Below are positions 41,052 to 53,348 of a DNA stretch of 64,000 bases, one piece after another. The notes beneath the pieces were generated by a model, which saw nothing but the letters and a program-made list of their open reading frames with translations, was not told the DNA's origin and searched no databases. This DNA comes from Octopus vulgaris (lineage: Eukaryota). Position numbers and translations under genes: made by a program. The stretch spans positions 5,022,001 to 5,086,000 of the forward strand of contig OX597842.1 in NCBI GenBank assembly GCA_951406725.2, read 5' to 3'. Each line of letters opens with the position of its first letter. Position 1 is the first letter of the stretch.

Positions 41052-41425
41052 GCGCTGGAGTGGTTGTGTGGTAAGTAGCTTGCTAACCAACCACATGGTT
41101 CCGGGTTCAGTCCCACTGCATGGCATCTTGGGCAAGTGTCTTCTGCTATAGCTCCGGGCCAACCAATGCCTTGTGAGTGGATTTGGTCGACGGAAACTGA
41201 AAGAAGCCTGTCGTATATATATGTATGTGTGTCTGTGTTTGTCCCCCTAGCATTGCTTGACAACCGATACTGGTGTGTTTACATCCCTGTCACTTAGCGG
41301 TTCGGCAAAAGAGACCGATAGAATAAGTACTGGGCTTAAAAGAATAAGTCCTGGGGTCGATTTGCTCGACTAAAGGCTGTGCTCCAGCATGGGCGCAGTC
41401 AAATGACTGAAACAAGTAAAACAGA
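41052..41425 (+). mobile_element. Abundant tRNA-derived SINE with central microsatellite (representative copy)
   Basis: A/B-box-like head, internal (TA/TG)n and conserved tail. Related copies near 372-785, 6050-6378, 12770-12955, 28815-29200, 41815-42152, 44925-45420, 49795-49980 and 50930-51090. Confidence 0.85.
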
Positions 41426-42161
41426 AAAGAGTATTCTAATATCCGAAAGTTGATGAACGAACTAAATTCGTTTCTCCATTTTCTTATTTGTATTATATAT
41501 ATATATATATCTGTAAAATAATATGTGACAATTATTCAATAGCCAAGATAAAACTCTGAGTTTCGGATGCCGAGGTGGTGTTGTGGATTTCCACCTTGGC
41601 ATCCGAAACTCAGAGTTTTATCTTGGCTATTGAGTAATTGTGACATATTATTTTACAGATAAATTTCCTCTATTTACATAATATTGAGGTCTCTTTCTTA
41701 CTTTTGTTATCTTACCGTTTTTACCAATATATATATATATATATATATGTATGTATATATATAAGGAAGTGATTTGCTATATTCATATATATATATACAT
41801 ACATATTCTTTTATTTGTTTCAGTCATTTGACTGTGGCCATGCTGGAGCACCAACTTTAGTCGAAGAAAGTGACCCCAGGACTTATTCTAGTGGTCTGCT
41901 TTTGCCGAACTGCTAAGTTATGGGGATGTAAATACACCAATATGGTTGTCAAGCAATGGTGGAGGTGGTGGTGGTGGGAACAAACACTGACACACAAACA
42001 TATACATATATGTACATATATATGATGGACTTTTTTCAGTTTCCGTCAACCAAATCCACTCAAAAGGCAGAAGACACTTGCCCAAGGTATCACACAGTGG
42101 GACTGAATCTGGAACCATGTGGTTGGGAAGCAAGCTTCTTACCACACAGCCACTATATATA

Positions 42162-43732
42162 TAGTGGCACCATTTAATTTAAAAATGCTAATATACTAAT
42201 ATTTAAATGGTAATTTTTATATATTCAAGTTGTAAATTGTGAATTCAAATGTATATCAAAATAACGAAAATTTCACAAGCTTTAATAAAGCATACAACTT
42301 GACAGTGTAACATCAACATATTAATTTAAAATTAAAAATAAACTTTATTTTGTGTAATTTACATCGCCACTTAATTTAAGAACGATTTGCAAAACTTCAT
42401 TTTTTTTGTCTTATAGACTAATATAAATGTAGGGTAATTTGAATGCTGTTACAATTTTTAAGTTACTTAATAGTTATGATGAGTAAAAGACAAAACTTAA
42501 CACCAGAAACCAGAGAGAGGCTCGTTCAGCTTAGCAGGCAGAAATGGTCATATAAAGCTATTTCAAACGAAGTTGGATGCTCTAAAACAGCCATCTTCAA
42601 TGCTGTCCATTTTTATAAAGAGACTAATGATTATAAAGACTGCTCTTGACCTGGGCAACCAAAAGAAACAACAACGAGAATGGATAGATACATTCATGGA
42701 TTGTCCCTAAAAATTTGGCAAAAATATGGACTTATCGTTGGAGTGTTCACCATAAAAAACCATCTCAAAGAATTTGGACTTCTAGGAAGAGTCTCTTGCA
42801 AAAAGCCATACATTTCTTTAAAGAATCAACATGCCCGAATACAGTTCACAAGAGAGCATTTGAATTGGAGTCCAGCAGATTGGTCAAATGTGTTGTGGTG
42901 AGATGTTGGCAGGAAGTATGTAGGAAGACGTATAGGTGAAGAATATCATCTGGAATGCATCTGACCTACAATTAAGCACTGGTGGAAGTGTGATGGTGTG
43001 GAGGTGCATGTTTGGAAAAGGTGTCGGTCCTATAATCTGAAACAAGAGCATTATGGTTAGTGAGTCCTATCTAGAAATACTGGATAAAAATATGCTTCCA
43101 TACTCCCAAAAACATTTGGGCCAATCTTGGACTTTCCAACATGACAATGAACCAAAACACACCTTGCACCTCATCAGAGATTACATTAGGTCTAAGAGAT
43201 TTTGGTTGATGCAATCACCCAACCTAAATCCCATGGAAAATCTTTGGGAAAAGTTGGGTAGAGCTGTACAAAGTAGTAAGCCAAAGAATAAGGATGATTT
43301 TTTTTAACATTATTAGCCAAAATTGGGAAAAAATCTCAGGAACAGTGATAAATGATCTGAACAATTCTATGTTTCATAAATGCAAAGCTGTATTAAGTAA
43401 TTTTGGATACCCAACCAAATACTGATTGTGTGAACGTCTTATTGTTTTTTTTTGTTGTTGTTGATCTCAGAATAAACTTTTTAAAGGAAATAAATGAAAT
43501 CTTACAAATTATTCTTAAATTAAATGGCACTATAAATTATGATAATTAAGATTTATTTTTAATTTAAAATTAATATATTGATGTTATGCTGTAAAGTTGT
43601 ATACTATATTAAAGCTCGTTAAATTTTCTTTATTTTGATATGCATCATAATTCACAATTTACAACTTGAATATATAAAAAATGCCATGTTAACATTAGTA
43701 TACTAGCATTCTTAAATTAAATGGTGCCACTG
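42162..43732 (+). mobile_element. Full-length decayed Tc1 (DD34E-type) with ~240-bp TIRs
   Basis: (C/T)AGTGGCACCATTTAATTTAA termini, TA flanks. KKPYIS, FQHDNEPKH and QSPNLNPMENLW motifs. Confidence 0.92.
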
Positions 43733-44233
43733 TACACACGCACACACACACACTTATATACATAAAGAAAGGTGGTGACAAAAGATGGAAATCTCCTGAA
43801 GATCAAGAGAAGGTTGGGCAGCTTTTGAGAAAGTGGAAAACCTCATGACAATTCCTAAGGCTTCCATGGAAATTAAAAGAAAGATCTTCAATGAGTATAT
43901 TCTGCCAGTGATTATTTATAGCAGTAAAACATCCACCCTCAACACTAGCATCAGAAAATTGAATGAATCATGTTTGGCATCAAGTTCTGGGACATGAAAA
44001 CCAACAGCTGGATATAAGAGGATATGAGAGTCAATGACATCATAAGAAGCATGAAGGAGAAGAAATAGAGATGAGCTGAGCACATCATGCAACTGAAGGA
44101 CAACAAATGGACAGAATGGATGCCAAGATGATCTCATCCAATGGCCTATATGGCCAGAGACAGACAGCAGTGGAAGGAGTCTAGAGAGAGGGTTCCTTCT
44201 GCAGGAGTGATGAAGCCCTGGAAGTGAAGTGAT

Positions 44234-44268
<35 letters not shown>

Positions 44269-44445
44269 GAGATTCATTTGAATTAGGTACTTAAGTTGAA
44301 GCACCAAGTCAGTGAAGTATTATCCGTACAACTCAAAGTAAGGTGAATAAAATAAATAAAAAAACAGGATATCAAGAAGTGATTCACTACAACCGTTTCA
44401 AGAAGCTCCATTTAATTGAACAATGCAATCATTACATCAATTTAA

Positions 44446-44671
44446 CCCTTTCATTACTGAATTTATTTTGAGATGTTCTGTGTTTCTTTCAATTACTTTA
44501 AATATAACAAAGAATTTAGTAAAATAACATAGTTATCAAGAGAAGGAACATAAAGTTAGGAACATAAATTGTGACTTAGGTTTGGTGGAAGATTTTAATT
44601 CAAAACTTATGAAAACAAGACATTTGTACTCAGAGCCAGAGCCGGTTTCAGCCGGGTTGGTAATGAAAGGG
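44446..44671. mobile_element. piggyBac-type MITE
   Basis: TTAA CCCTTTCATTAC...GTAATGAAAGGG TTAA, 226 bp. Confidence 0.85.
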
Positions 44672-45085
44672 TTAAATACAGGGTGTGGGTGTGTATGTAT
44701 GTATATCTTTTTACATCTTTTATTTTTTTAAATCATTAGACTGTGGCCATGAAGAAATTTTAGTCAATGAATTGGCCCCAGTACTTTTTTTAAAGTCTGG
44801 TGCTTATTCTATCACTTGCATTTTCTGAACCACTAAGTTACAGGAATGTAAACACACCAACACCGGTTATCAAGCAGTGGTGGGAGACAGATACAGAGAC
44901 ACACATAAACATATATACACATACGAGTGGCTATGTGGTAAGTAGCTTGCTTACCAACCACATGGTTCCGGGTTCAGTCCCACTGCATGGCACCTTGGGC
45001 AACTGTTTTCTACTATAGCCTCGGGCTGACCATAGCTCTGTGAGTGGATTTGGTAGGCGGAAACTGAAAGAAGCCGGTTGTATAT

Positions 45086-45139
<54 letters not shown>

Positions 45140-46103
45140 ATGTTTGTGTGTCTGTATTTGTCCCCCCCCCCCCGAACATCGCTTGACAACTGATGCTGGT
45201 GTGTTTACGTCCCCTTCACTTAGCCTAGATGACAAGCCAACTGTGATTTTCAGTTTATATTCCTCTTTTTTTATGATAACTGTAGCATAGAACTTTATCA
45301 AGTACTTTATCAACAATGGCTTTACTCTCACCTCTCACTATATGTATGTATGTGTGTGTCTTTGCTCGACTAAAGGCAGTGCTCCAGCATGGCCACAGTA
45401 AAATGACTGAAACAAGTAAAAGAGAGTATGCCTTCCATATAAAAAGCATGAAATTATTAGTATCTGTTTTGGTTGTGTATTAAATTGATTTGTGTGTGTA
45501 TGTGTTTGTATATGTTCCTCACCATTGTTTACAACTCCTTTCGGTTTCTTTACATCCCTGTAGCTTAGTGGTTCAGCAAAAGGAGACTAGACTTTAAAAA
45601 ATTAGTACTGAGATTGATTTGTTCAACTAAACCCTTTGAGGTGGTGCCTCAGCATGGCCACAGTCCAATGTCTGAAACAAGTAAACAAGAGATAAAAAGT
45701 GTGTGTGTGTGTATGAGTGTGCAGTTAGCTGTCTGACTCAGTTACAAACATAACTTTTATCATTTGGTCCTCAGCCTAGATGACAAGCCAACTGTGATTT
45801 TCAGTTTATATTCCTCTTTTTTTATGATAACTGTAGCATAGAACTTTATCAAGTACTTTATCAACAATGGCTTTACTCTCACCTCTCACTATATGTATGT
45901 ATGTATGTGTGTGTCTTTATGCATTTCTAGATGTGACACAGGCATGACTGTGTGATAAGAAGCTTGCTTCCCACCACATGGTTCTGGGTTCAATCCCATT
46001 GTGTAGAACCTTGAGCAAGTGTCTTGTTACTGTAGCCTGAGGCTGACCAAATCCTTGTGTGTAGATTTGGTAGACAGAAACTGGAAGCAGCCCCTTGAGT
46101 AGA

Positions 46104-46159
<56 letters not shown>

Positions 46160-47067
46160 GAGAGAGTTTTGAATGGAGAGAGGCTGCTTTTACACAGGAA
46201 TGTATTTTATCCAATCATACACCAGTTTAGCTCCATATCAATTAATATACCTGGAATTCATTAATTTGTGTTTTCATCCATCTGATATAGGAGAACAGAA
46301 TTTTAATAATACAGTATAAAGAAAATGGAGAGTTTGGACACAGAAAAAAATTAATTTATTTATATAATACTCAATTTCATATAGCCTGTGTATGTTTCAA
46401 TTTCTTACCTTCATTCATATTTTACAATTAAGATTACACTATGCATTTAAAAGCTAAAAAAATCTCTTCAGGGCAAAAATTGGCAAATACTCATTCACAT
46501 CCTAATGGATGGAGAGTTGATTACCAACTAAAATAGCAGCATGCATACGTGTGAGCATGTGTATCTTTTGGACTCCTTTCTAAAAATGCTTAAGGTTAAA
46601 TTATGACCACAGTAGACAATGGCTAGTTGTAGTCGTGAGGAAATAGGTCACCCTTAATTGAATTTAGATTAGTTTAGAGGCTAGCTGCCACTCCTTTCTC
46701 TAGTCACTTGTGAAATTAATAAAAATAAAATATATGAGTAAGTATCCAAATCAATCTATTTATTTAATTGTTAGAATTTCTATTCTTATTACAATTTATA
46801 TTTAGATGTTTTAGTCTTATTTGTTGATAGTTTGGGTTATTACATATTTAGTTAAATTAAATTAATTTTTATATATATATGTGGGTATGATTCACTATGT
46901 GTCACATGTGTGGAGTTGGACTATTTTCAAATGGTGAAGATACATGTCATTTTGAGGTTATTTCTTCTTATCATTTTTTTTATCATTTATGGCGTGTTTA
47001 TTTAAATATAATTTATTTAAAAATTTATTAAACACACACATTTATATACATACACACATATATATAT

Positions 47068-48775
47068 AAATAAATGAAAGAATGGAGTCGAACGAAGATG
47101 TTAACAAAATTCCTTTACTCTCAACACATGTTTCGAAGACAGCATATTTTCATTCCGAAGGTGCATTATGCAATCTTCTCATCAGGAAAGAAAGGGAGCC
47201 TCTCTCGACAACAACACAAACAAAAATTTCGATGATTGCCTACATGGTAAACAGAGCGATAATGAGTGTTTTTTAAAAAAATCCGTTAGGAGAATTGACG
47301 TCAAAAATGGATAGTAGGAGGAAGGAAAGGGATAAAGTAATAATGGGTAGGGGACAGTATGTTTGCTGTATATATGGAAATGTGTGGGTGTGTGCTTGTG
47401 TTAATGAGTACGTGTGTTTGTGTGTATGTGTGTGTATAACTGCATTTGTGATTGTGTGTGTGAGAGAGAGACAGACGTCAAAGATAGATAGTAGTAAGGG
47501 AAGGTATAAAGGAGTAATAGGTAGGGAACAAGTGGAGAGGGAAATCATAATAATAGGAATAATATTAATAGTAGCAGCATTGGTAGCAACGAAAGTGTTA
47601 ACAATGATAATATTAATAATAGTATTAGTCGTGTTAATAACAATGGTAGTGTTGATGGTAACAACAATAATGGTATTATTGTCGGTGGTATTGCTGGCTG
47701 TAGTACAATTAATAATACTACTAATAATAGAAATAGTGTAGTTGTTAGCGCTAATAATAATAATAGAAACAACAATCATAACAATAAAAACTTCGTCTCG
47801 ATCTCGGAGGACAACCCTAACAGAATTAAATATTTGTCTAGTAATTCTAAGATTAAGAATTCCATTTACCAGTGTAGAATTTCTTCCGGTACCGACGTTT
47901 TCTTTTATATAGGAGTGTCCACTTCTCAGTTATCCAAGAGAATTTCTAACCACTATTCGACATTCAGGGATAGGAAAAAACGACATAGTACAGAGCTAAG
48001 TAAATTAGTTTGGCGTCTTAAAGACAATAATATAATTTTCAAGTTAGATTAGTTCATATTGTCTGTATCCTTTCCTTTTGATAAGGGCAGGAGATTTTTT
48101 AACATTTGTAACTCTGAACTCTTCCATATTCTTTTCGCTAAGGTTCCCCTAGTAAACACACTCATAGAAAAATCGTACAAATGTAAACACTGGCAGAAAC
48201 ACACTTTCTACTCATATAAATGATAACGGTTGTCACTGTGGTTTGAACAATTAGCTTCATGTCCACCCCACTGCTATAGAGAAATTCTTTCCTAAGCCTT
48301 CGAACATTCTTTCAACCAACGTACACTTCCCTCTCCACTTGTTCCCTACCTATTACTCCTCTATACCTTCCCTTACTACTATCTATCTTTGACGTCTGTC
48401 TCTCTCTCTCAGACACAAATGCAGTTATACACACACACATACAAACACACGCACTCATTAACACAAGCACACACCCACACATTTCCATACATACAGCAAA
48501 CATACTGTCCCCTACCCATTATTACTTTATCCCTTTCCTTCCTCCTACTATCCATTTTTGACGTCAATTCTCCTAACGGAATTTTGTTAACATCTTCGTT
48601 CGACTCCATTCTTTCATTTATTCATATACAACACACAAATTTCTGCACATGAACCCGGAGTTTCTACCCTTGGCAGGTCGTTTCAACCGTGTTTTCTGAC
48701 GTGAATTTGCTACCCAGGTTTCGGTTAAACGAATTTTCCATGCTGACGATAAACATAGGATAATTCATTCACCTA
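47068..48775 (+). mobile_element. Penelope-like element (Naiad-like GIY-YIG C-terminus) with inverted terminal repeat
   Basis: IYQC...FYIGVST..LSKRISNHYSTFR...STELSKLVW at 47834-48220. 47068-47543 is an inverted copy of 48327-48622. Confidence 0.85.
47113..47195 (-). ncRNA. Type I hammerhead ribozyme motif, canonical core, in Penelope-like terminal repeat
   Basis: Minus strand: ctttc CTGATGA gaaga...tcttc GAAA c-atgt-g TT gagag. Confidence 0.7.
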
Positions 48776-48779
48776 CCTA

Positions 48780-48815
<36 letters not shown>

Positions 48816-49196
48816 GGAGTAAACACATAAATGTGAAACAAGGTGGAAAAAAGAGTACTCAAATACCAGTGGTAGAGTAATATGCTTTATTTTAAGCAGC
48901 AATTGAATTTTTTGCTGCTTAAAATAAAGTATATATATATATATATACATACACACACATATACTTTTTCCCTTAAAAAATATAACAAGCTCTCTATCCC
49001 TCATTTGATATAATTGTTAAATTATTCATTTTGATAAATCAGCTGATAGTAAAGGTTTCAATGTGTGTTTTGCTATTTGATAAACATAGAATTATTAATT
49101 TTAGATATTCATTTATTCACATGATGCCTTTTTTAATTATATTTATTTGGATTTACTAGATGTATAACTATTCTTATAATGTCTATTTAATTTTAT

Positions 49197-49720
49197 TTAT
49201 TTGAATTTATTAATCATATATTTAATCCTATGTGGGCAACAAAAACCTCTTTTTCTTTTATTATTGATTAATTTGTGCTTTGATGTAATGATCTGGAAAA
49301 TTTCCTCTACACATAAGTCACACGTTTTGCTTCCATTATTATAAGATTTTGCCCTCCTAATTACTTCCCACTTCAGCGTATATTCTTTATTTTTGTCCTT
49401 AATATCCCAGACTAATCTACTTAAACTAGTGCTAGCTTCTTTCCTTTTATCTCTAAAAGTGTTTTCATGGTTGGCTATCCTTCTTTTTATATAATTTTCC
49501 GTGGAGCCTACATTGTAGTAGTGCTGTCCCTCAGATATTACTTTACACCTAATATACATTTTCCTCTACAAAAATTTCTTAATGGACATGTATTTTTATT
49601 TTTATTGGCACAATCACAGGTTTTATTTTCAGCACCTGTTGCTGTTTCCTTATTAATATTGCTGTGCCTCGTTTTCGGGGTTATTTTCTTTATGTTTATT
49701 TCTTGTGTTATGAGTCTAAA
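49197..49720 (-). mobile_element. Second Naiad-like Penelope GIY-YIG fragment
   Basis: CDC...CPL..C linker, YNVGSTENYIKRRIANH, TSLSRLVW, CDLCVEE, CPH. Confidence 0.85.
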
Positions 49721-50000
49721 CTAATGACTTATCTTCTTCTGTCCTTTCTGTGTTCAAACTCTCCATTTTCTTTATATTTTTTTATTTGTTTTAGTAATTT
49801 GACTGCGGCCATGCTGGAGCACTGGCTTTAGTCGAGCAAACTGACCCCAGGACTTATTCTTTGTAAGCCTAGTACTTATTCTAGCGGTCTCTGTTGCTGA
49901 ACAGCTAAGTGAAGGGGATGTAAACATACCAGCATCAGTTGTCAAGCAATGTTGGGGGGACAAACACAGACACACAAACATATACATACATACATACATA

Positions 50001-50488
50001 ACTAATGTAGGATAAAATTTTTTTCGAAAAAATTTTTTATCAATGGCCAGCATATCAAAAAACACCTTTAAAGGTTAAATTTATAAATAACTTATAAAAT
50101 AAGGGCAAAAGAAAAATTCTAATGCCAAATATGCCGAAAAAAAGGCAAAATTGTCAATAACCATTATAATTTATGCATCTCGAAACAAGCCGATAGAAAT
50201 TTCTAAAAAATCCGTTATTACCGTATTGGTCCCAATTTCGGGGTTAATTCATAAGAATTTTCCCCTCTTCAGCGATAAATATGTAAGACATAAATGGAAT
50301 ACTTACTCATACCCATGGAAATGGCAAGCACTAAGTCCTGAGCAGACCTAAGTACCCCAAATATATCCAAAATAGAAAATCTTCAGCACATCTCGAGCCA
50401 CGTGTGATTCGAACTAGAAACTTTCACAGAATGAGAGAATCCGGAAGTGAACACTATTAAATTTACAACTAATGTAGGATAAAATTTT
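50001..50488 (-). mobile_element. Non-coding hammerhead-bearing element with terminal direct repeat
   Basis: ACTAATGTAGGATAAAATTTT occurs at both 50001 and 50468. Intact hammerhead motif in the middle. Confidence 0.65.
50218..50278 (-). ncRNA. Type I hammerhead ribozyme motif, canonical core
   Basis: Minus strand: ttatcg CTGAAGA gggg..aattc-ttat-gaatt..cccc GAAA ttg-ggac-caa TA cggtaa. All three stems pair and the core nucleotides are intact. Confidence 0.8.
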
Positions 50489-50536
50489 ATATATAACTTA
50501 TTTTATAAGTTATATATACATATATATATATATATA

Positions 50537-50921
50537 CTAGCAGTATCGCCCGGCGTTGCTCGGGTTTGTAAGGGAAATAACTATATAAGCATTTTTAGAG
50601 ATGTAACATATAATAGCCATCTGAATATGGCTAACCACAAAGGGGGGGGGTTACTGTAGCTTTTTACGTTCTGAGATTTAATAATACATTTTTAGAGAGT
50701 TACTTCCCTTATATAATAGCAAAAAAATGGGGGAAAATGATGCTAAATTTTTTTTTAAATCGTAAACTCATCGTAGACGCGTGCTAATACCCAGAAGGGC
50801 TCGATATGAATCACGACTATAAGATACCTGCTTTTGGTTACACTGCACTGCAAAATGTGGTGGTAGTTAGGAATCTAAATCGTAGGAGACAGACACACAA
50901 CTTCACTTTTATATATAAAGA
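50537..50921 (-). mobile_element. Non-autonomous Helitron
   Basis: The minus strand starts TCTTTATATA and ends with the hairpin CCCGAGCAACGCCGGG followed by CTAG. Inserted between A and T, no TSD. Confidence 0.85.
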
Positions 50922-51113
50922 TATATATGACGGGTTTCTTTCAGTTTCCAAATACCAAATCCACTCACAAGGCTTTGGTCGACCCAAGGCTATAATAGAA
51001 GACACTTGCCCAAGGTGTCATGCAGTGGGACTGAACCCGGAACCATGTGGTTGGTAAGCAAGCTACTTACCACACAGCACTCCTGCGCCTATTATATATT
51101 ATATTATATTATA

Positions 51114-51157
<44 letters not shown>

Positions 51158-52964
51158 GTTTGTGTGTGTGTCTGTCTCCCTACTACTACTTGACAACTGG
51201 TGTTGATTTGTTTACACCTCTCTAACTTAGCAGTTCAGGTAAAAATGACTGACAGAATGAGTACCGAGCTTAAAATCAAAAGAAATACTAGGGTCAATTC
51301 GTTTGACTAAAAAGAATTTTTCAAGGCAGTATCCCAGCATGGCTGCAGTGTCATGACTGAAATAAATAGAAAACAAAAATAAGTAGTATAGTACTTGATC
51401 ACCAAAGTGAGTAAAGCTATTATGATTAAGAAACACCTGAAAGCCCTGTGAAATGAAGCTACCTAGGGTTTCCTGGAAGAATCATTAAATCTGTTTTGCC
51501 ATCTTTCAAGCTAAGTAAGGTCAACTAGCTGATTCAATAACTGTGTTTGATATAATTAAAGTCTGAATGAGCATGTATATTTTGAAAAAGACAGACCAAT
51601 CGACAGGAGATAATTAAATGCACAGCAACTATAAGTAATCTTTTATGAATGTCAAAAACTTAATAAACCAGCACATCCTGTGGTTTATCTTTAATTCCAG
51701 CTAAGATGTACTTTATAAAATGTAGACATGATAAAAAAAACTCTCACTTTTGGTATTTATTCAGGTCCAGGAATGCTTTCAAACAAGCATACAGAACCTC
51801 TTTTTACTCATTAGTATAAGGTCTGGTCTTAGAAAGAGTCTTCCGTTTGATGTTTGCATCCTTATGTTTCCTGATTAATGCAGAGAAAATTGTTACATTC
51901 TCTTTATCTGGATTTATGCTTCTATACTTGCAAGGGCTCGACAGAATTTGTTGAGGCAGATTTTCTATTGTAGAAGGCCTTCCTACCATCATATCTTACC
52001 TGTTTCCAAGCAAAGTAATATTTGCTCATCGCCAAACATGTTTTCATGGAAGACTGGAAATAAGGACACCACTTACATGAAGGCGACACTTATTTACAGC
52101 TATCACATGATGTCAAGGAAATAGTAACACATGCACTCTTACAAATATATACTTACATACACATATACCATTGAAACATGTGGTTAGGCAGATTTTTATA
52201 ATGTGCCTTGTGTCTCCAAACAATCTTCTGGCTCTGGGCACATACTTTACTCTATTTGAAAGACAGGATGCTGGTACATGAGAAACCATGAGAAAAAAGG
52301 AGGAGGTTGACACAAAAAGTGGAAAGAGAAGACAAAGGGGAAATAAAACCTGATAAAGAGTTGCATTCCGTTTGTCTAATTTTCTTTCCTTTCTTTTTAT
52401 AAGATACATACTGTTATTATCCTTAAGAATGCTGGATTGTGATAACATCCACTTCGGTATACAGTATACTTAGTAAAACAAGTGAAGACTATCTCTGACT
52501 GCCTACTATGTACACCCATAATTCACGTACTTCTCTTTACTTATAGTGACTAGGTTATTCCATTCATCATGTGGGAGGGGTGTACCATTATTACTAATTC
52601 CCTACATCTCTCCTTTTACATTTTTCTTAGGAAATGTCATTTTATTTAGCAATAATTTTTTATTCAACCCCCCCCCCTTTTTTTTGTATAATTTAATATT
52701 TTTTTGCATTTGGCATCTATGTTCAGGAAGTCTATATGTTGTCTTTTTCTCACACTTGTGCACCTGGATTCAATCACCTGCAGTGGCATTGGTACTTGGA
52801 ACAACCATTCCATTGGTTTCTCCAACTTCTTTGATTTGCGTTCCACGAATCTCTTTTTCAGTTGGTTCCTGTATCTTGTTTGGATGCCTTTTCTACTTTT
52901 TACCCAATGTATCATTTTACCTATGCATTTGGTAATTACACCATCTCCCCATCCCATTCTAAAC

Positions 52965-53348
52965 TCCCAGAATGTTCGTCACTGTTGACATTTTTTCAGC
53001 CCTCATGGAAACATCTGAACCACTTGTACACTTGTGTGTGGCTCATACACTCTTCTCCATACACTTTCTTCAACTTTGCCTAGGCCTCTGAGCAGGTATC
53101 ACCAAGCTTTTGGCAAAATTTGATGCAGATTCTCTGTTCAACTTTCTCTGTCATGGTCAATGCGATGATTGCACACTACACACCTTCCTTCCAAGCACTG
53201 CAGTAAACAGCAGACGTGAGCTTCAATGTTAAAACTTAGTGCACATGCACAGCAGAGTTCAAGGTCAATCTGTGCCAAGTGGCTTCACTCTGTGTGCTTT
53301 AGCTTCGTTACTATGGCAACAGGCTGGATACTTATTGATCAGACATGT
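52965..53348 (-). mobile_element. Mariner 5' fragment
   Basis: HTH region EQRICIKFCQKLG...VYGEECMSHTQVYKWF. Confidence 0.75.

Noticed and set aside
47834-49640. Selenoprotein-coding Naiad elements
   Set aside because: No TGA at conserved Cys positions and no SECIS recognised in these fragments.
52664-52957. 97-aa minus-strand ORF that would be in frame with the 60-kb ORF after TAG-TGA readthrough
   Set aside because: It needs two consecutive stops recoded, the acceptor has no pyrimidine tract, it abuts a mariner fragment, and a frame match has a one-in-three chance.
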